Positions 24,947-37,600 of a DNA stretch of 64,000 bases are shown one piece after another. How positions within the stretch are numbered: position 1 is the stretch's first letter; the number at the start of each line of letters is the position of its first letter. This DNA comes from Podarcis erhardii. Its lineage: Eukaryota. Location of the stretch: NCBI GenBank assembly GCA_964252035.1, contig OZ176207.1; one strand, 5' to 3'. The notes beneath the pieces were generated by a model that was not told where the DNA came from, made no database searches, and saw only the letters and a program-made list of their open reading frames with translations. The position numbers were made by a program, and so were the translations under genes.

Positions 24947-25188
24947 CAGTGGTACCTCAGGTTATATACGCTTCAGGTTACATACACTTCAGGTTACAGA
25001 CTCCGCTAACCCAGAAATAGTGCTTCAGGTTAAGAACTTTGCTTCAGGAGAAGAACAGAAATCGAGCTCCAGAGGCAAAGTGGCAGCAGGAGGCCCCATT
25101 AGCTAAAATGGTGCTTCAGGTTAAGAACAGTTTCAGGTTAAGAACGGACCTCCGGAACGAATTAAGTACTTAACCTGAGGTACCACTG
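24947..25188 (+). mobile_element. Tigger/pogo-like MITE family 1, copy A (orientation arbitrary)
   Basis: TA TSDs; TIR CAGTGGTACCTCAGGTTA; 242 bp. Confidence 0.9.
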
Positions 25189-25799
25189 TATTAGCAGTTT
25201 TGAGTGTCTTTACATGATTTTCTAAACATTTAAGCAATGTAGGGATTGTTTGCTATTGTTGTCAGGTTTTAAAATATTTACATATATCCCAATAAAAATA
25301 TTTTTCAAGTAAAGTTGTGAAATTGTTTGACTATCACATTTAAACTAGAAAGTCTGTTTCATTTATTTATTTTTTCCTGTAGGAATATTTCAGATAAATG
25401 GCTTTGGCTAAAAGAAAAACTTCCAATATATTTATTTATATAAAACAAAATTATGAAATCAAAAGATGTCTGAGCTGTACCTCCGTATATAACATAAGAA
25501 GAATCCTACTGGATCAGGCCAAAGGTATATCTAGTCTAGTATTCTATTATCATAGTGGTCAACCAGATGCCATGGGGAAGTCTGCAAGCAGGACCAGAGT
25601 AGGACCAACTGTGCTCTTCCCCACTCTCACTTCTCAAGAACTGGTATTCAGAGACATGATGTAGCACAGCTGTATACTGTACCATTGCTATTCACTTAAA
25701 ACTGAATTGAAACCATCTCATTTGACCCAAGTTTTCAGCAATGAAAGGCAGAACCAAACGTGGACACAAAGTCTCATATCATGTGTGAAATGGCAGATA

Positions 25800-26025
25800 C
25801 AGTGGTACCTCAGGTTAAGTACTTAATTCGTTCCGGAGGTCCGTTCTTAACCTGAAACTGTTCTTAACCTGAAGCACCACTTTAGCTAATGGGGCCTCCT
25901 GCTGTTGCCGCGCCGCCGGAGCACGATTTCTGTTCTCATCCTGAAGCAAAGTTCTTAACCCGAGGTAATATTTCTGGGTTAGCGGAGTCTGTAACCTGAA
26001 GCGTATGTAACCCAAGGTACCACTG
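25800..26025 (-). mobile_element. Tigger/pogo-like MITE family 1, copy B (inverted)
   Basis: TA TSDs; 226 bp, one 16-bp internal unit shorter than the other copies. Confidence 0.9.
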
Positions 26026-26261
26026 TATGTTGTTTCACTTATTTGCCAATATTCAGATGTGAAAAACTCAAGGTAGCCCATGCAGAACTTATATTTAGTA
26101 GTAGTAATAATAATGTAGAGTGGTGTGTCCATTAACATTAAGAAGCTGACTTAAAAACACATACCAAAGTACTGATTGCTTGCTTTAGCATTATATTTTC
26201 AGCTACTCCTGCAACAATGAAACTTATTGGAAACTAGGTTGTCAGTATTCTCCTTGAAGTA

Positions 26262-26503
26262 CAGTGGTACCTCAGGTTACATACGCTTCAGGTTACATAC
26301 GCTTCAGGTTACAGACTCTGCTAACCCAGAAATAGTGCTTCAGATTAAGAACTTTGCTTCAGGATATGAACAGAAATCGTGCTCTGGCGGCGCAGCGGCA
26401 GCAGGAGGCCCCATTAGCTAAAGTGGTGCTTCAGGTTAAGAACAGTTTCAGGTTAAGTACGGACCTCCGGAATGAATTAAGTACTTAACCCGAGGTACCA
26501 CTG
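26262..26503 (+). mobile_element. Tigger/pogo-like MITE family 1, copy C
   Basis: TA TSDs; 242 bp. Confidence 0.9.
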
Positions 26504-27530
26504 TATGTCCATTCCTCCAAAACATCACTGTTTATTAGTTTAATAATAATAATAAGATGATGCATAAATATTTCCCTTTTTAAGCAACACCTGCAGGAGA
26601 TGAACATTTCTACTACTTCATATAACTTTTAATAGATGCCAATATTCGGGGGGGGGGATGTTTATGGAACATCACCATGATCTCAGTGTAAACACAAGAT
26701 CTGGTTGTATCATGGAGATGGGAAGCATGTGACCCTCCAGATGTTGTTTGACTTCAGTGTTCATCAGCTTCAGCCAGCATGGCCAACTATCAAGGACGAA
26801 TGGAGGTGTAGTCCAGCATCATTTGGAGAGCTACAGGTTCCTATCCCCTCTGCTCTAACATGATGGAAACATAGGAAAGTGTTCAAAGTTGTACAATATT
26901 GTAAACATAAAAAATAACCCCCAAAAAGAATTAACTTAAATAGGAAGCAAAAAGCCTACATAAATGCACTGAATTCAAATAAATCTTAAAGCTCAAAAAC
27001 CTACTGCCTAACAATGTACAACAGTTTTGGGATTTTTTTAAAGGATACAGCAATCAATTTTTGCCCACAAAAGGTAGGAAAATTTGCACACTGTTACCAA
27101 ATACCATTCCATTTTGTAAGCATAATTTTGAACTCTTTTATTTAAACATATTTCAACAGTGTAGTCATCCCTTATGGAATCTCCTATGCTACTAACCACA
27201 TAACATTGCTTTTCTAATGTCTATTGAAAGTACCTCCTTTTCTGATCTTTGGCACCTGGCTACTATAGGCAATTCAGTTACATGTCTATAATCAGAAATG
27301 ACATTTATTATACAAACAAAACTCATGTTCACTGTGGAATGTGGACAACCATCAATTTTCTCCTCCTATGTAAATGAAATTCACAAACGTATGCAAGACG
27401 AAAATACTGTTTTTCCATCTATACTCAGATGGTTTCAAAAGAACAATAAATCTTTCTACTATTCTACTAGTTACTACTTGTCAAAGTGACCATGCTAAAC
27501 AGCAATGGGTTGTATTCATCTAAGTCACCC

Positions 27531-27693
27531 TGTTAGTGCAAGGGCTTCTGCTAAACAGAACTTTCCTCCCTTGCATCTCCAGAGGCCCCCCCCCAATCTG
27601 TTCCAGAGGGTATGGAGAACTCTCAGAATAGATTTAGAGGCACACAGGGGGAGGGGAAGTTTCTCTGCACAAGTGGTAGTCCTTGCACCAACA
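27531..27693. repeat. Palindromic MITE-like element
   Basis: Imperfect inverted arms tgttagtgcaaggg…ccttgcaccaaca and aactttcctccc…ggggaagttt; a related segment lies near 53095-53225. Confidence 0.45.
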
Positions 27694-28883
27694 GATTTTA
27701 CTGTGTATGTATGCTCTTCTACCTCTCATCACACAATGAAGTCACAACTTTTCTTTTGCTTCTGCCTGTTCCTGGTTTATGCTCTACACACAAAAGCTTA
27801 AAATTAGCAATTGAAGCTGTCCACCTAGAAGCACAGACACCGTTTTTAAAAAAGAAAGATGTCTTCAAGCTAAGAAGGTACACCAGAGGCAACCCTGAAA
27901 CACTACCATCAGTTAGGCACAAATGTCACTGGGGACATTTCAGCAGCTTATGGCCTTTGTTTTTGTCAAGGATTTGTGGATTACCATAATTGACTGTATA
28001 TGTAGTTTGTCACTAAAATAACAGAACAAAAATAAAATATGCAGTCACCAGTCTCGCCTTAGAAATCAGCTTATTAAAAGGAATCAGATTTGCTGGCATC
28101 AGTGTCTCAGTTCTGGGCAGCTTAAGGTCCCATCTCAATCCTAAAAGGCATGAGTACAAATCAGGTCTTTTGATGACCCATTTCCCTCTATGAAGAGCCA
28201 AGACAGCTGCAATACTACAAGAACATACAGGGTACAAAGTTGAGGATGAAGCATGTGAGAAGAAGAAATAAAGTGTTCTCAGTTGAAGAACTTTGGCACC
28301 AAGCAGACCTCTACAGGAAATGATGCTAATACAGAAAAGGAGGCTAATGCAGAATTCAAACACTGCACTCATTGATAGGTGCTCCACTGAGATAAAACCT
28401 TCACACTAAGACCCTAATAATCAAGAACTCAAAAGCATGACAACTCATATGGCAAGCATCACTTACTATGGACAATAAAAAGGAGACAACGTAATGAATA
28501 TTAATTTGTATACAGCTGCACTGTGGTGAATACTACAACACTACTTACAGCAGCAATTGACTTCGCTTTCATCTAATGTCACCCTCTAATATCGCCTTGG
28601 AAGAGAAATTATGTTTTACTAAGTGCTCCTATCCAAGAGTTAACCACCAAAATTTATACCAAAGAATCTGCCTCCAAGAAAGAGATGGTAAGTAAAAGTA
28701 GCAGAAATTAGAAAGAACACTCTATTATTCAATCTTCTTACATTCTTATTCTGGAGCATGTATTTTTAATATGGACACATCTTCTAAACTCTCTTCTATA
28801 CTTATATTTTATTTAATTCAGGTACTTCATTATTATTTTCCATAGTACCTTCTCCATTATTTAGTTCACACAATATTATATAC

Positions 28884-28982
28884 CAGCCTTCTCCAGCCTG
28901 GTGCCCTCCACATATTTTGGCTACAACATCCATGGGAGTTGTAGTCCAAAACATCTGGAAAGCACCAAGGTGGAGAAGGCTG
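28884..28982. mobile_element. 99-bp hairpin hAT-like MITE
   Basis: TIRs CAGCCTTCTCCA / TGGAGAAGGCTG; degenerate 8-bp TSD ttatatac / ttctacac. Confidence 0.7.
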
Positions 28983-30326
28983 TTCTACACAATCACTGAT
29001 TCCTGCAGTGGTCACCAATCATTAATTTACTGCTGTAAAAAAAGTAAGTTTTTACTGCTGTAAAAAAATTAAGTGTATATTCATATACATTACTAAAATA
29101 TTTTGAGTTACCCAGGTTTATCTTCTGTTCAGAACATAAATGCACATTACTCTGTGCGTGTGTATGCTATTGATTCAAAAAGGTGGTAGCATCAGTTCTC
29201 TAAAGTCTGATATGTACACAATACATTTTAAAAGATTAATAACTAAAGAAAGCAGGTCAAAATCTAATTGGAAGACATTTGTGGCTGCAAACCAGCCACA
29301 AATTAATTCAGAAGAATATGCATCATTCTATTTATCTAACATACAAAGTCAAGGTCACTGTCGTATCAAACTTTACCAATCTTGGGTTTTGCTTTCTTGA
29401 CCCTTTATGGATCACAATGCATTTTTAAATCTCATTATCTGTCCAAAATTCAACATAAATGCTAACTTTTAAATATCAATGTATTAAATTTTAGTATTAT
29501 AAAAATTTTGACATTTAAAATGTAAATTTAATTTTTACAATTTAAATATTCAATGGATATATCAAACCTGAACACACCTTGATTTTAAAAAACACACAAG
29601 CATAATTCCTATATGAGAACATTCAATGAGTTATGATGGCAATTAATAAAGTGTTATTAAGGGAAGACGAATTCTATTAGTACTGTATCTCAATATTAAG
29701 ACACTGTTAAGCTTCAAGTACAACGTGACCTAAATCTCATTCATCAGAATAGCAGCAGTAATGCTATAATCACAACCAACCCATCCAACTCACAACTTTC
29801 CCCATTTTCCCTTCGTGGTCTCCAGAAAAGTAAAACAACACTAACAACAACAACAAAATCAAGACAGGCACAAACACGAGCAAGTTTGCAAGCCATACAC
29901 ATAAATGCCTGTATGGGGGAAAACGGGCAAGGACAGCTGAGCATGGCTGCTTCCTCCCACAATGCAACTTGGGCCTCCTCCACGCTTTCAAAACCATTTA
30001 TTCGCGGAAGCAAAAGCAAACGAGAGCTTGACACACACGCGCAATCCATCCCTCTCCCTCCCCGTTCCCGGTTGTATTTTATGAATATATACACATATAT
30101 ATAGATAAGGAACAAACCCTCGTTAGATGGGAACAGGCTCCCTCTCCCCATTTCATTCCAGACCCAGGATCCCCTGAGTTTCCGGGTGCGAGTGAGTGGG
30201 ACCGCCCCGACCCAGCCCCCACACCCAAGACGGACTTGGGAAGAAGGGGCGGCCCGGGCAGCGCCGCCGAGTGCGCTGGGGAAGAGGGAAAGAGAAGGAA
30301 AAGCTGTTGCAGCTGGGGCTACTCAC

Positions 30327-30371
30327 ATCCGTCTATCTCCTCCTGCAGGTCCTCCTGGAGCAGCGACAGAT
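30327..30371 (-). CDS. PPP4R1: PPP4R1 exon 2 (DLSLLQEDLQEEIDG)
   Basis: 45 nt, ccccgtctag acceptor and GAT/gtgagt donor; matches the PP4R1 N-terminus MADLSLLQEDLQE. Confidence 0.94.
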
Positions 30372-30525
30372 CTAGACGGGGGAGTGGGGGGGGGGAGGCG
30401 GAGAGAGACAAGACAAAGTGAACTCCAGCCGAGGGGGTTCCTCCCCACCCCAGACCAACTCCCCTATGTAAAACACCCGTAATACACACCCCACCAGAGC
30501 GCCTCGCGCTTCTTTACCACGCTAT

Positions 30526-30528
<3 letters not shown>

Positions 30529-30560
<32 letters not shown>
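30529..30560. repeat. (AC)16 microsatellite in PPP4R1 intron 1
   Basis: Seen directly. Confidence 0.95.
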
Positions 30561-30562
<2 letters not shown>

Positions 30563-30927
30563 CTGCCCCAAGCGCCCCCTCCTCACACTCACGGGGCCGA
30601 GAGAAAGAAGGGGGACGCCTACATCTGGCAACAAATCCCACAAGCCCTTCTCGCCACACAAGGTCGTTAATTTCTCAGATAAATCCCCTCGCAAGCTCCT
30701 GCCATAGTTTCCCCAACACACACAGAGAAGTAGGTAGGCAGGCAGGCAGGAGGCAACCCCCCAAATCGATGAGTGGAGGTGAAGGAGGACTCGCTAAAGG
30801 GCGCTTTCCCTTTGCTTTTTCCCTGAAGCGGGGGAGGGGGGGTCCGGACTGAGGTGTTTCTTTCGCGCCCGGACGGAGTTTCTGGGAGTGGGAGGGGGGG
30901 TTGGGGAGGGAGGGAGGTGCTACCTAC

Positions 30928-30934
30928 CCGCCAT
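30928..30934 (-). CDS. PPP4R1: PPP4R1 exon 1 coding part (ATGGCGG, start codon)
   Basis: aaacATGGCGG/gtaggt inside the CpG island; the 7 nt give Met-Ala-(Asp) in frame with exon 2. Confidence 0.9.
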
Positions 30935-33900
30935 GTTTCTGCAAACCTCCCCGCCCGATTTGCAGGGGCTACATTTAGCCCGCCGTGGCAGCCGCAGGGG
31001 GCGAGGGCTGAGGGAAGGGGGCTCGGTTGGGGTGGCGGTTGCGGCCTTTGGGCCCAGGCGGCGTTTCCGGGCGTCCCCGGGAGAGTCTCACACAGAGCGA
31101 TCAGTCCGGAGAGGGAGGGGTCTGAGCCGGACACACACACAGAGCGAGAAACGGCTGCCCCCGCCTCCGCCAGGGAGGGAAAAAGAGAGAGAGCTGCCTG
31201 ACATGCGAGGCAAGAGCTGCCGCGCTTTTGCCCTCTTTTTCCACCCGCTGACTCACTCCAGCCTCAAAAGCCGCCTCCGTCGGGCGCAGCCAGGTGGGGC
31301 CGCTAGGCAGGTCTGGCCCAGCCAGAACCGGTGAGGCAGAGTGAACTACTCGGGACACTTGGAAAAAACGCCCCGGTGTCTGTGAGCGCCCTCTCTCTCT
31401 CGCTCCACTCGCCTAGCAGTGCTTTCCCTTGACCCTGACCCTGCACTGCCTTCCCCACATGGCATGGCCGCTCCCAAAGTTGGGTTAAGAGGGTACGGCA
31501 GTTTCCGTTCTCCGCGCCCTGCTAGGCACTGGCACGGCTGCAGGGCACGGCGACAACTCGGGAGCTGCACGCTGGGCTTTTCTCAGACCGACGTAACTTG
31601 GCTGTGACGCTGTTATCTCCCCCCCCCCCCCCACATCTAGGTTTGGCTCTGGTTTTCTACTACTGCACTTGTTTCCGTGCCACTTGGCTCCGGTTTTCGT
31701 TTCCCCTTTCTGGGCTCGGCCATTGCATTCTTCCCGCCCCTCCTTCAGCGCTGCTGCCCCAGGACACTTCGCTGCCCGAGGCGAAGAAGATTACGCTCCA
31801 TCTCCCTTCCTGTTCTGTGTACACAAGCCACCTAGACCTGCTGCTGACTCTGCTTTCAACAGCAGTGATGGGACAAGGGGGCGATACCCACACCTGAGGG
31901 CAGCTAGGCAGGTTTAGGGAGCACAGGGGCAGCCAGTGTGGGATAAACAGCTCTGTCGTCTAGCACCACGTTGCACATCACCTGCTACCTGAAACGGCGG
32001 CCTAGCTCTGCCTCTCATTCTTTTTTCTTTGTGGATATCACTGCCACCCATCCATGGCTGTATTTTTCTGTTATTTAACCTCGCTCCTCTTAAACTTACT
32101 TAGGAATACTGCTGCTGCTTTTCATCCCTTTTTATTGCCTTCCTATAGAGAATGGAGCTGAACACACTATTTTAATTGTGGCCGAACACTGGTTTAGAGG
32201 ATGCCAAATGGAGCTCTGAGATATGACACATGACAATAAGTAGATTGAATCATTGTGATGTCATTCTATAAAGAACCACCTTCCTCAGGTGATAATTCCA
32301 GGGTTGGTGTCACAATGTAATCTATACTGTATTTGTAGGCACACATGCTTTGTTTTGTGGCCATTTGTATATATGGATTCAAAAATTAAAATGTTCTCTG
32401 CAAAAGCATTTGGGACAGCTATCCGAAACTGGGTTTTTGGGTCATTGCCTACTTTCATTAAAATAAGTCTTGGACTGATTTAATAAGAGCCAGGCAACCC
32501 TAATAAGAAATCAGCATTTAGCTGCTTATATAACTGTACTGAGGTTTAATGAAAATCTAATATTTTGACAAAAATGTAGTTGGCATAGCACAGTAGATAA
32601 GGCTGCTGTTCTAGACACACTTGCCTTAATGTCTCATTTAATTCTATAGGACCTCTGGGTAGGTATGCACAGGATTGCCTTGTAAGGGTATAAACCATGT
32701 TTATATCCAAATCAGTTAAAATTTCTGCTTGTTTAATATACTAAATATAGTATAATGTTTCCCTTGAGGCTAGGTAATAGTGTCCCCTTGCCACTAGACT
32801 CCCTTTCATTTGTCAGTAAAACACAAAATAAAAAATATGTTTAATTGCAGAACCACAAGGTTCGATAGGTGCTCAGCCTTTCCTGCAGTCGTTATGAAGA
32901 TCATAATTCTACAATATCAGCTGTACTAGTTAAGGTTCTCTAGTACAAGAAATAGGAACACAACTGTCACAGTGATTTCAGTAGCTGATACCTATGCTTA
33001 TCATACCATCGTGTTTTCTACATTATAAGCTTACCATGGGCCATTTGCAGTGTTGATTGAGGTGACTGGTGATCTGCAATTCCTTTCCTGGAGAAAAGGG
33101 AGAAACCGGAAATTGGATTAAGCATCACTAGATAGTGTACTTGCACTATCCTTATTGCACCATTTTGTAGTCTGAATAGTGCAAACACCAACTTTACAAA
33201 ACCATATGGTAATCAACAGAACTCCTAAGAGACCTCTGTAACAGACAAACGTGTACACTGACAAGCCTCATCTGTCTTTTTGCCTGTTGTTAAGATACTG
33301 CCCCAAGATCAGTTCTCATCATTTTCAGTTAAAGGATCTCTTGATGGCAAGGATGGCAAAATATAGATGCCTGAAACTTCAGGGAACTGCTTCCTGTCAG
33401 AGTAGACAGCACGGGATGCCTCCTATATTACTTATTGTTTTTCTGTTGCGTTAGCTTTGGCCATTCGGCTTTTTATTTGACATAAAAGGTAAGAATCTTG
33501 CAAAAACCAAAAATTAATTTTGTGCCTCCTATGGGTTGTGTTTTTTTTCCCTGCTTAATAAGTTCTGTATGAGATTTCCTGGTAAACTTCACACAGTTTT
33601 CCTTAATATTAAATAAGTAAACCTAAGATCTGCTTACACTTCTGAGCGATTAAGTGTCAAACATTGATATATAATGATGGCATAGCCCTTGCACTTCCTC
33701 AATACCATGCAAGTACGAACTGTAGTGATGTAGCATAATTTATGAAAAATATTTATATCATAAAAAGTCAAATAAGTTTTTAATAATAAATAAGGAAAAA
33801 ACATTTAAAATTTCAATATTAGAGACAATCTACTAGCTATTATGGAAATATATTATCTGAATAGCCTGCATAGTACTGGCACATAATATTGTGACTTGTT

Positions 33901-34550
33901 GGCCTTTGTAGCTGCAGTAATTTCTGATCTCAGGCATTTGTGATTGAACTAGAAGGAATGTCATGTATAGGAGGCTGAGCCCATATAAAATACTGATAAT
34001 AAGCAGCATTTTTCTATCTGGATGCTATATTGTTGTTGATGGAGAATGCTGGAGAAAAATGGGTGATTACCTAGCTGCCAAAGATTCAGTAGTTATGAGT
34101 TTAGTAGAGTTCATGTGTCTGTTCATATGCAATATAGTGTACAAGCTTGATGTGTTAAGGAATGGAGCACTGTGGCATATTAAATTTTCTGTCAAATGTG
34201 ATTAGCAGCTGTATGGATTAACTTTAACCATTACATGTATAGTCAAGCATACAGTGCAGTAGCAAAGGCTGTTAATAAAGATTTCAAAGATAGCACCAAC
34301 TTTATGACATTCAAATCATTCTCTTGTGACCAATGACAGTGTTTTCTATAAACATTTTACTGGACAAATTTCTGCTGTCCTAAATCAATGGAGATATGAT
34401 TTAGCACACATATATGAGGTTTTTTTAGTTTTCTTTACTAAATGTACCTCATATTAGCTTCTTCACATGTTGTATAAATGCTATATCTCTTTTTCCAAAT
34501 GTAATTGAACGGACATATGTTAGAAAAATAAAAATAAAAAAATGCACTCA

Positions 34551-34641
34551 GGCTGCACGGTTCTGTGCATGCTTACCTGGGAGAAAGTCCCATCAAATTC
34601 AGTAGAGTTTACTTCTGAGTAGACACATGCAGCGTTGCAGT
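34551..34641. repeat. Short palindromic interspersed repeat (…TACTCAGAAGTAA.TCCCA… family)
   Basis: The same motif recurs at about 20160-20230, 48710-48790, 51075-51100, 62690-62730 and 63160-63230. Confidence 0.55.
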
Positions 34642-37600
34642 AACTGTGTGGTTTTATTTTATATTCATACAAAATCAAAGTTACTTTGATTGGAATGTTT
34701 ATAAAGGTTCTAAACAAATAACTACTTGGCAGCATACATTTCCCTTACATTACATTTTAAGGGGAGGGACTGAGGTATTGAAAACATGCTTGCAGGACAA
34801 TCCAAACACTAGCTGGGCAGCAGTGCAATGTGAGAGATCAATAGAGCAACAGTTGCATCTCTAGCCTTATTGCTCACACAGGGTGGAAGGCAGAGGGCAG
34901 GGAAATAACAATCAGCCCCAGTGCCATCAAGTGGGCTGGCTCAGCAGATCCAGAACACCTGGTTTTCAGACTGGGTGGGTGTGTGCTGTTGCCAGAGGCA
35001 GGTAGGGTGCAGACCATTAGGAGCATCACAACTATTACGTAAAATGGAAGGCAAGAGTCAGGGGGGTGCTGAATTTTGATGTTGCACAGGGCACCACGGA
35101 CATCTTGAGACCCCAAGGTCTGCCACTGCTGTTACAGAACAGGGACCTTTGTATTTTAGCCAAGTAATGCTAGTGTCACTCCATGGGCAGAAAGCCAGCA
35201 GGGCTGGATGGAGAGATACCTCTGCTCAATCTGTCCCCCCAACCCTGCACCCATTGTTGGGGGTATGGATTACAGCTTGATTTTAGCATGACTGAAGAAC
35301 TCTTCAAATAAAGAGATATGTGCTTCCTAGGGAAAGTAACTTGAAAGTTTTATTGTGCTACTAATAGTAAAAAAATTCTATGAGACAGGAGATGAAAATT
35401 TAATTGAAAAGTATCAATCCTACATCAGTGTTTGAGATTATTTTTTTTAAACTTTCAACTATATGTCTAATGGCAACACCTATCTCTTTTTTCATAGATA
35501 GTACTATTTATAATTTTTAAAAAGCCTTTTCATAAATTATAACATCTTCAATGGGACAGAAATAATTTTGGGAATTGCATTGTGGAATCTGATTTTCCCC
35601 CAAAAAGGGGAAATAGATTTTTATTGTACAATTTTCAGTCAACGTACTATGCAATTGGTTGGACGGTATGTGTGTGTATCAAGCAATTTTTAAAAATGAA
35701 ACATCTGAAATGAGTTTGAAAATATGCTGCTCACAACCCAACACAGTTAAGCATGCTTAAGCCCATTTATTGCAATATATTTTATTCAGCTTAACTTTGT
35801 GTTGAACTTTAACCATTATTTTTGAAGGCATAAGCATGATCAGAACTCAGATGAAAGACTTGCATTTTAGGATATTTATTTCAAGCATGTTAAGGCATGT
35901 CGGCCATTTGAGGGCTCTATACACTTGGAATGGAAAAAAAGGGGGAAAGGAAGGGAAAGAATGACTGTTGAAAATAAAAAGAAGTCCTACCTTTCATAGC
36001 TCTGTTTACTTGAAGGTTAAGGAAAGTAGCATGGAGTAGAGTAGGAGGACAAAGATAAATGATTGGCTGCTATATATCTCTTGTTAGCCTCTGTACAAGG
36101 AGATGTCACAATCTCACCATGACAATGAGCTGTTCCTTGGGTACCAATAAGAAAAGCAGAATGAATTACTAAAAACAAAGGCTCTAGTCACTCACAATAG
36201 ATATACCTAGGTTCCCTATCTCGCTTAACACACATTATATATTACCCTGAGGCAAATACTGATTTCCCACACACTAATAGTTGCAGTAGTGCCCCCTGAT
36301 GAGTATACCTGTAAGAGGTACTGTTACAACATTAGGTACACTGTACACCTGAACCTAAAGCACTAATTTTTTGGGATGGCCCTGACCCTGGCTAAATAGG
36401 CTTTAGTGGTATGTCCAAGCAATATAAATGTAACAGTTCATGCTAGCCATCAATTGCTGAATTATTTTACAGGGATTACCAGCTATCTTCAGCAGAATTT
36501 CCGGTTGAGCTACTGCACCAAATCCTAAATGGCTATTGCTGTCCATTTGACTTCATTCTCTTTTTGTAGACCAACTAATTATTCAGCTATATTGATTGAT
36601 TTTTAAAGTGGTTGGTTGATTTAAAAAGGCCCTCCTGCATATGTAGCAGCAGTGTTTCTTAAATGCAGCCTTTTAAAATACATTTACTAAAAATTTGGAT
36701 CGGAAATGGAATGGAATGCCTTTTTTAAAGCTAGATTATGCATGCATGTCATAGCAAGTACTAAGAACAGTTTTTAATGATTTTATTATACCGTATTGCT
36801 TATTTTTTAATTTTTATACTGCTTTTTAAAATTAGTGAACAAAATGTAAATGTGTGCAGATTTACTTGATTGATCGCAATCACAACTCATATGATTAGTT
36901 TCCTTAATCAGGTGAAAAGCTTAATTTCAGCTCTTTCCAAACTCTGGCTGTAAATTACACTTAGATGATCTTATTTTCCAAAATATTCTCAATTTTTTAA
37001 TTCACTATGTAGCCAGCTGTTTTAGATATCTCTAATACTGTGTGTCTCAGTAAGCGAGAAAAGAATGTGCCCCTATTTATGGGAGGCTTTTGATACAAAA
37101 CATGTACAATGACTAATCAGTAAACATGCAGTGTATAGTTGCTAAATGTATGCATTCATGCAGTTGAATTGTTTGCCCAAGTTCTATGTAGAGAGAAAAA
37201 ACTAGTTTGACAGTTTTGTTTTACCTTCTTCACCATTTTACCAAGTGGTAGGAAGCTGCAGTGAAGCTTTTGTGGGTTGGCTGTGTTGTGAGGAAAATAA
37301 CCACCCAGTGTCCGCTGTCAGCCGAGTCTCATTTTACTCAACAGCACCAACAAGGGAGGCCAAACAGACACTGGGATTGAGCAATCAAAGCATAATTTTA
37401 TTTCCCACTCAAGTGCAGAAAGGTGCAGCATCTAGCAACCTGGAAAGCTATTAAAACTAAAAAGGCTGGACCCTAATGTTAGTCAGGGGAGACCTTTATA
37501 CCTATTCAATAGTGCAATGGGGCAATTAGCCTTGCAAGCAGGGAGGCAGATGTGTGGAATTCCTCATCAATCCCCAATGCCAAATGCTCTTATTCAAGGG

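Larger units (their letters stand above)
30180..31800. promoter_or_regulatory. CpG island / PPP4R1 promoter and exons 1-2
   Basis: Sharp rise in GC and CpG around the start codon; TTCCCGCC (E2F-type) at 31731-31738; YY1-like AAACATGGCGG over the ATG. Boundaries approximate. Confidence 0.8.

Noticed and set aside
29027-29075. Short direct repeats (also 5066-5090, 13662-13681, 49431-49453, 62492-62515)
   Set aside because: Two-unit slippage duplications; no spacer-repeat periodicity, so not CRISPR-like.
29760-29908. Strong cryptic acceptor (ttttcccccatacag) in intron 2
   Set aside because: In-frame TGA after 15 codons and no convincing donor.
30186-31917. Many 60-157 aa ORFs over the PPP4R1 promoter
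   Set aside because: GC-rich low-complexity artefacts; only the 7-nt and 45-nt exons fit the protein.
36296-36352. C/D-box snoRNA-like TGATGA…CTGA
   Set aside because: Too short, no terminal stem, and intergenic without a host intron.
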